From positions 168,916 to 232,915 of the forward strand of contig CACYLI010000002.1 in the NCBI GenBank assembly GCA_902775285.1: a stretch of 64,000 nt of DNA, read 5' to 3'. Every line of letters starts with the position of its first letter. The stretch's first letter is position 1. The notes beneath the pieces were generated by a model. That model was not told the origin of the DNA, searched no databases, and saw only the letters and a program-made list of their open reading frames with translations. Of this stretch, positions 63,767 through 64,000 are shown one piece after another. The stretch comes from an uncultured Erysipelotrichaceae bacterium (lineage in GTDB: Bacteria > Bacillota_I > Bacilli_A > RF39 > UBA660). Both the position numbers and the translations under genes were made by a program.

Positions 63767-64000
63767 CTATTTAATACTTCTACATATTGCAAATTTACTA
63801 ACAGCTTCCCTACATGATGGTATATCATTTAATAAATTAGCTATATGAAGAGGTAATATTTCATTAAATTTAACTTCTAAAACTTGTTTTCCTTTTTCAT
63901 CTACATTATATAATGGACCATCTTCAAACAAATCATAATTATATAGTCCACTTTGAATATTAGAATCAAATGTAATTCTAACTTCACTTATTGGATAAAT
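63767..64000 (-). CDS. VTC-domain (polyphosphate polymerase-like / CYTH-like) protein, C-terminal part (5' end outside window)
   Basis: My translation of the reverse strand gives IYPISEVRITFDSNIQSGLYNYDLFEDGPLYNVDEKGKQVLEVKFNEILPLHIANLLNDIPSCREAVSKFAICRSIK, with the stop at 63767-63769. The RITFD...LEVKF pattern fits the C-terminus of VTC domains. Confidence 0.55.
   Translation of the reverse strand: MYPISEVRITFDSNIQSGLYNYDLFEDGPLYNVDEKGKQVLEVKFNEILPLHIANLLNDIPSCREAVSKFAICRSIK

Overview
This is a strongly AT-rich, standard-code bacterial chromosome segment. TGA is used as a stop codon and TGG encodes Trp. It looks like a low-GC Firmicute. The 16S signatures, the missing L30, Spo0A and the cell-wall enzymes suggest an Erysipelotrichia/Bacilli-like, possibly spore-forming lineage, but I cannot run a search, so treat that guess as low confidence. 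Almost every gene is on the minus strand.

Most of the window is core genome:
- PcrA helicase.
- A polyamine block: potABCD followed by ptcA, aguD and aguA.
- An NMT1/SsuA-type ABC transporter on the plus strand.
- metG with a Met T-box leader, plus HtrA, an M14 carboxypeptidase and CtpA.
- One 16S-23S-5S rRNA operon with three tandem promoters and two boxA sites.
- The complete S10-spc-alpha ribosomal protein superoperon (rpsJ to rplQ, including secY, adk, map, infA, rpmJ and rpoA, but no rpmD).
- gpmI, spo0A, a TPI-like gene and pgk.

Accessory or poorly understood parts:
- An orphan 862-aa protein with a coupled 54-aa ORF.
- A dockerin-repeat surface protein.
- An envelope locus at 17.8-24 kb. 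It holds a lipoprotein, a membrane-anchored M15 peptidase, an NPKTG-sorted surface protein, a SipW-type signal peptidase and two TasA-like secreted proteins.
- An 891-aa bitopic protein with a Pro/Thr/Gln-rich N-terminus.
- A second hydrolase (NlpC/P60) that shares its membrane module with the M15 enzyme.
- A VTC / DUF4956 / phosphodiester-glycosidase / P-loop kinase string.

I saw no CRISPR array, transposase, integrase or tRNA gene.

The most interesting signals, none proven from sequence alone:
- The SipW/TasA-like fibre locus.
- The shared membrane module fused to two unrelated peptidoglycan hydrolase folds.
- A TPI homologue in the canonical pgk-tpi position whose catalytic Glu is replaced by Val.
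- spo0A embedded among glycolytic genes.
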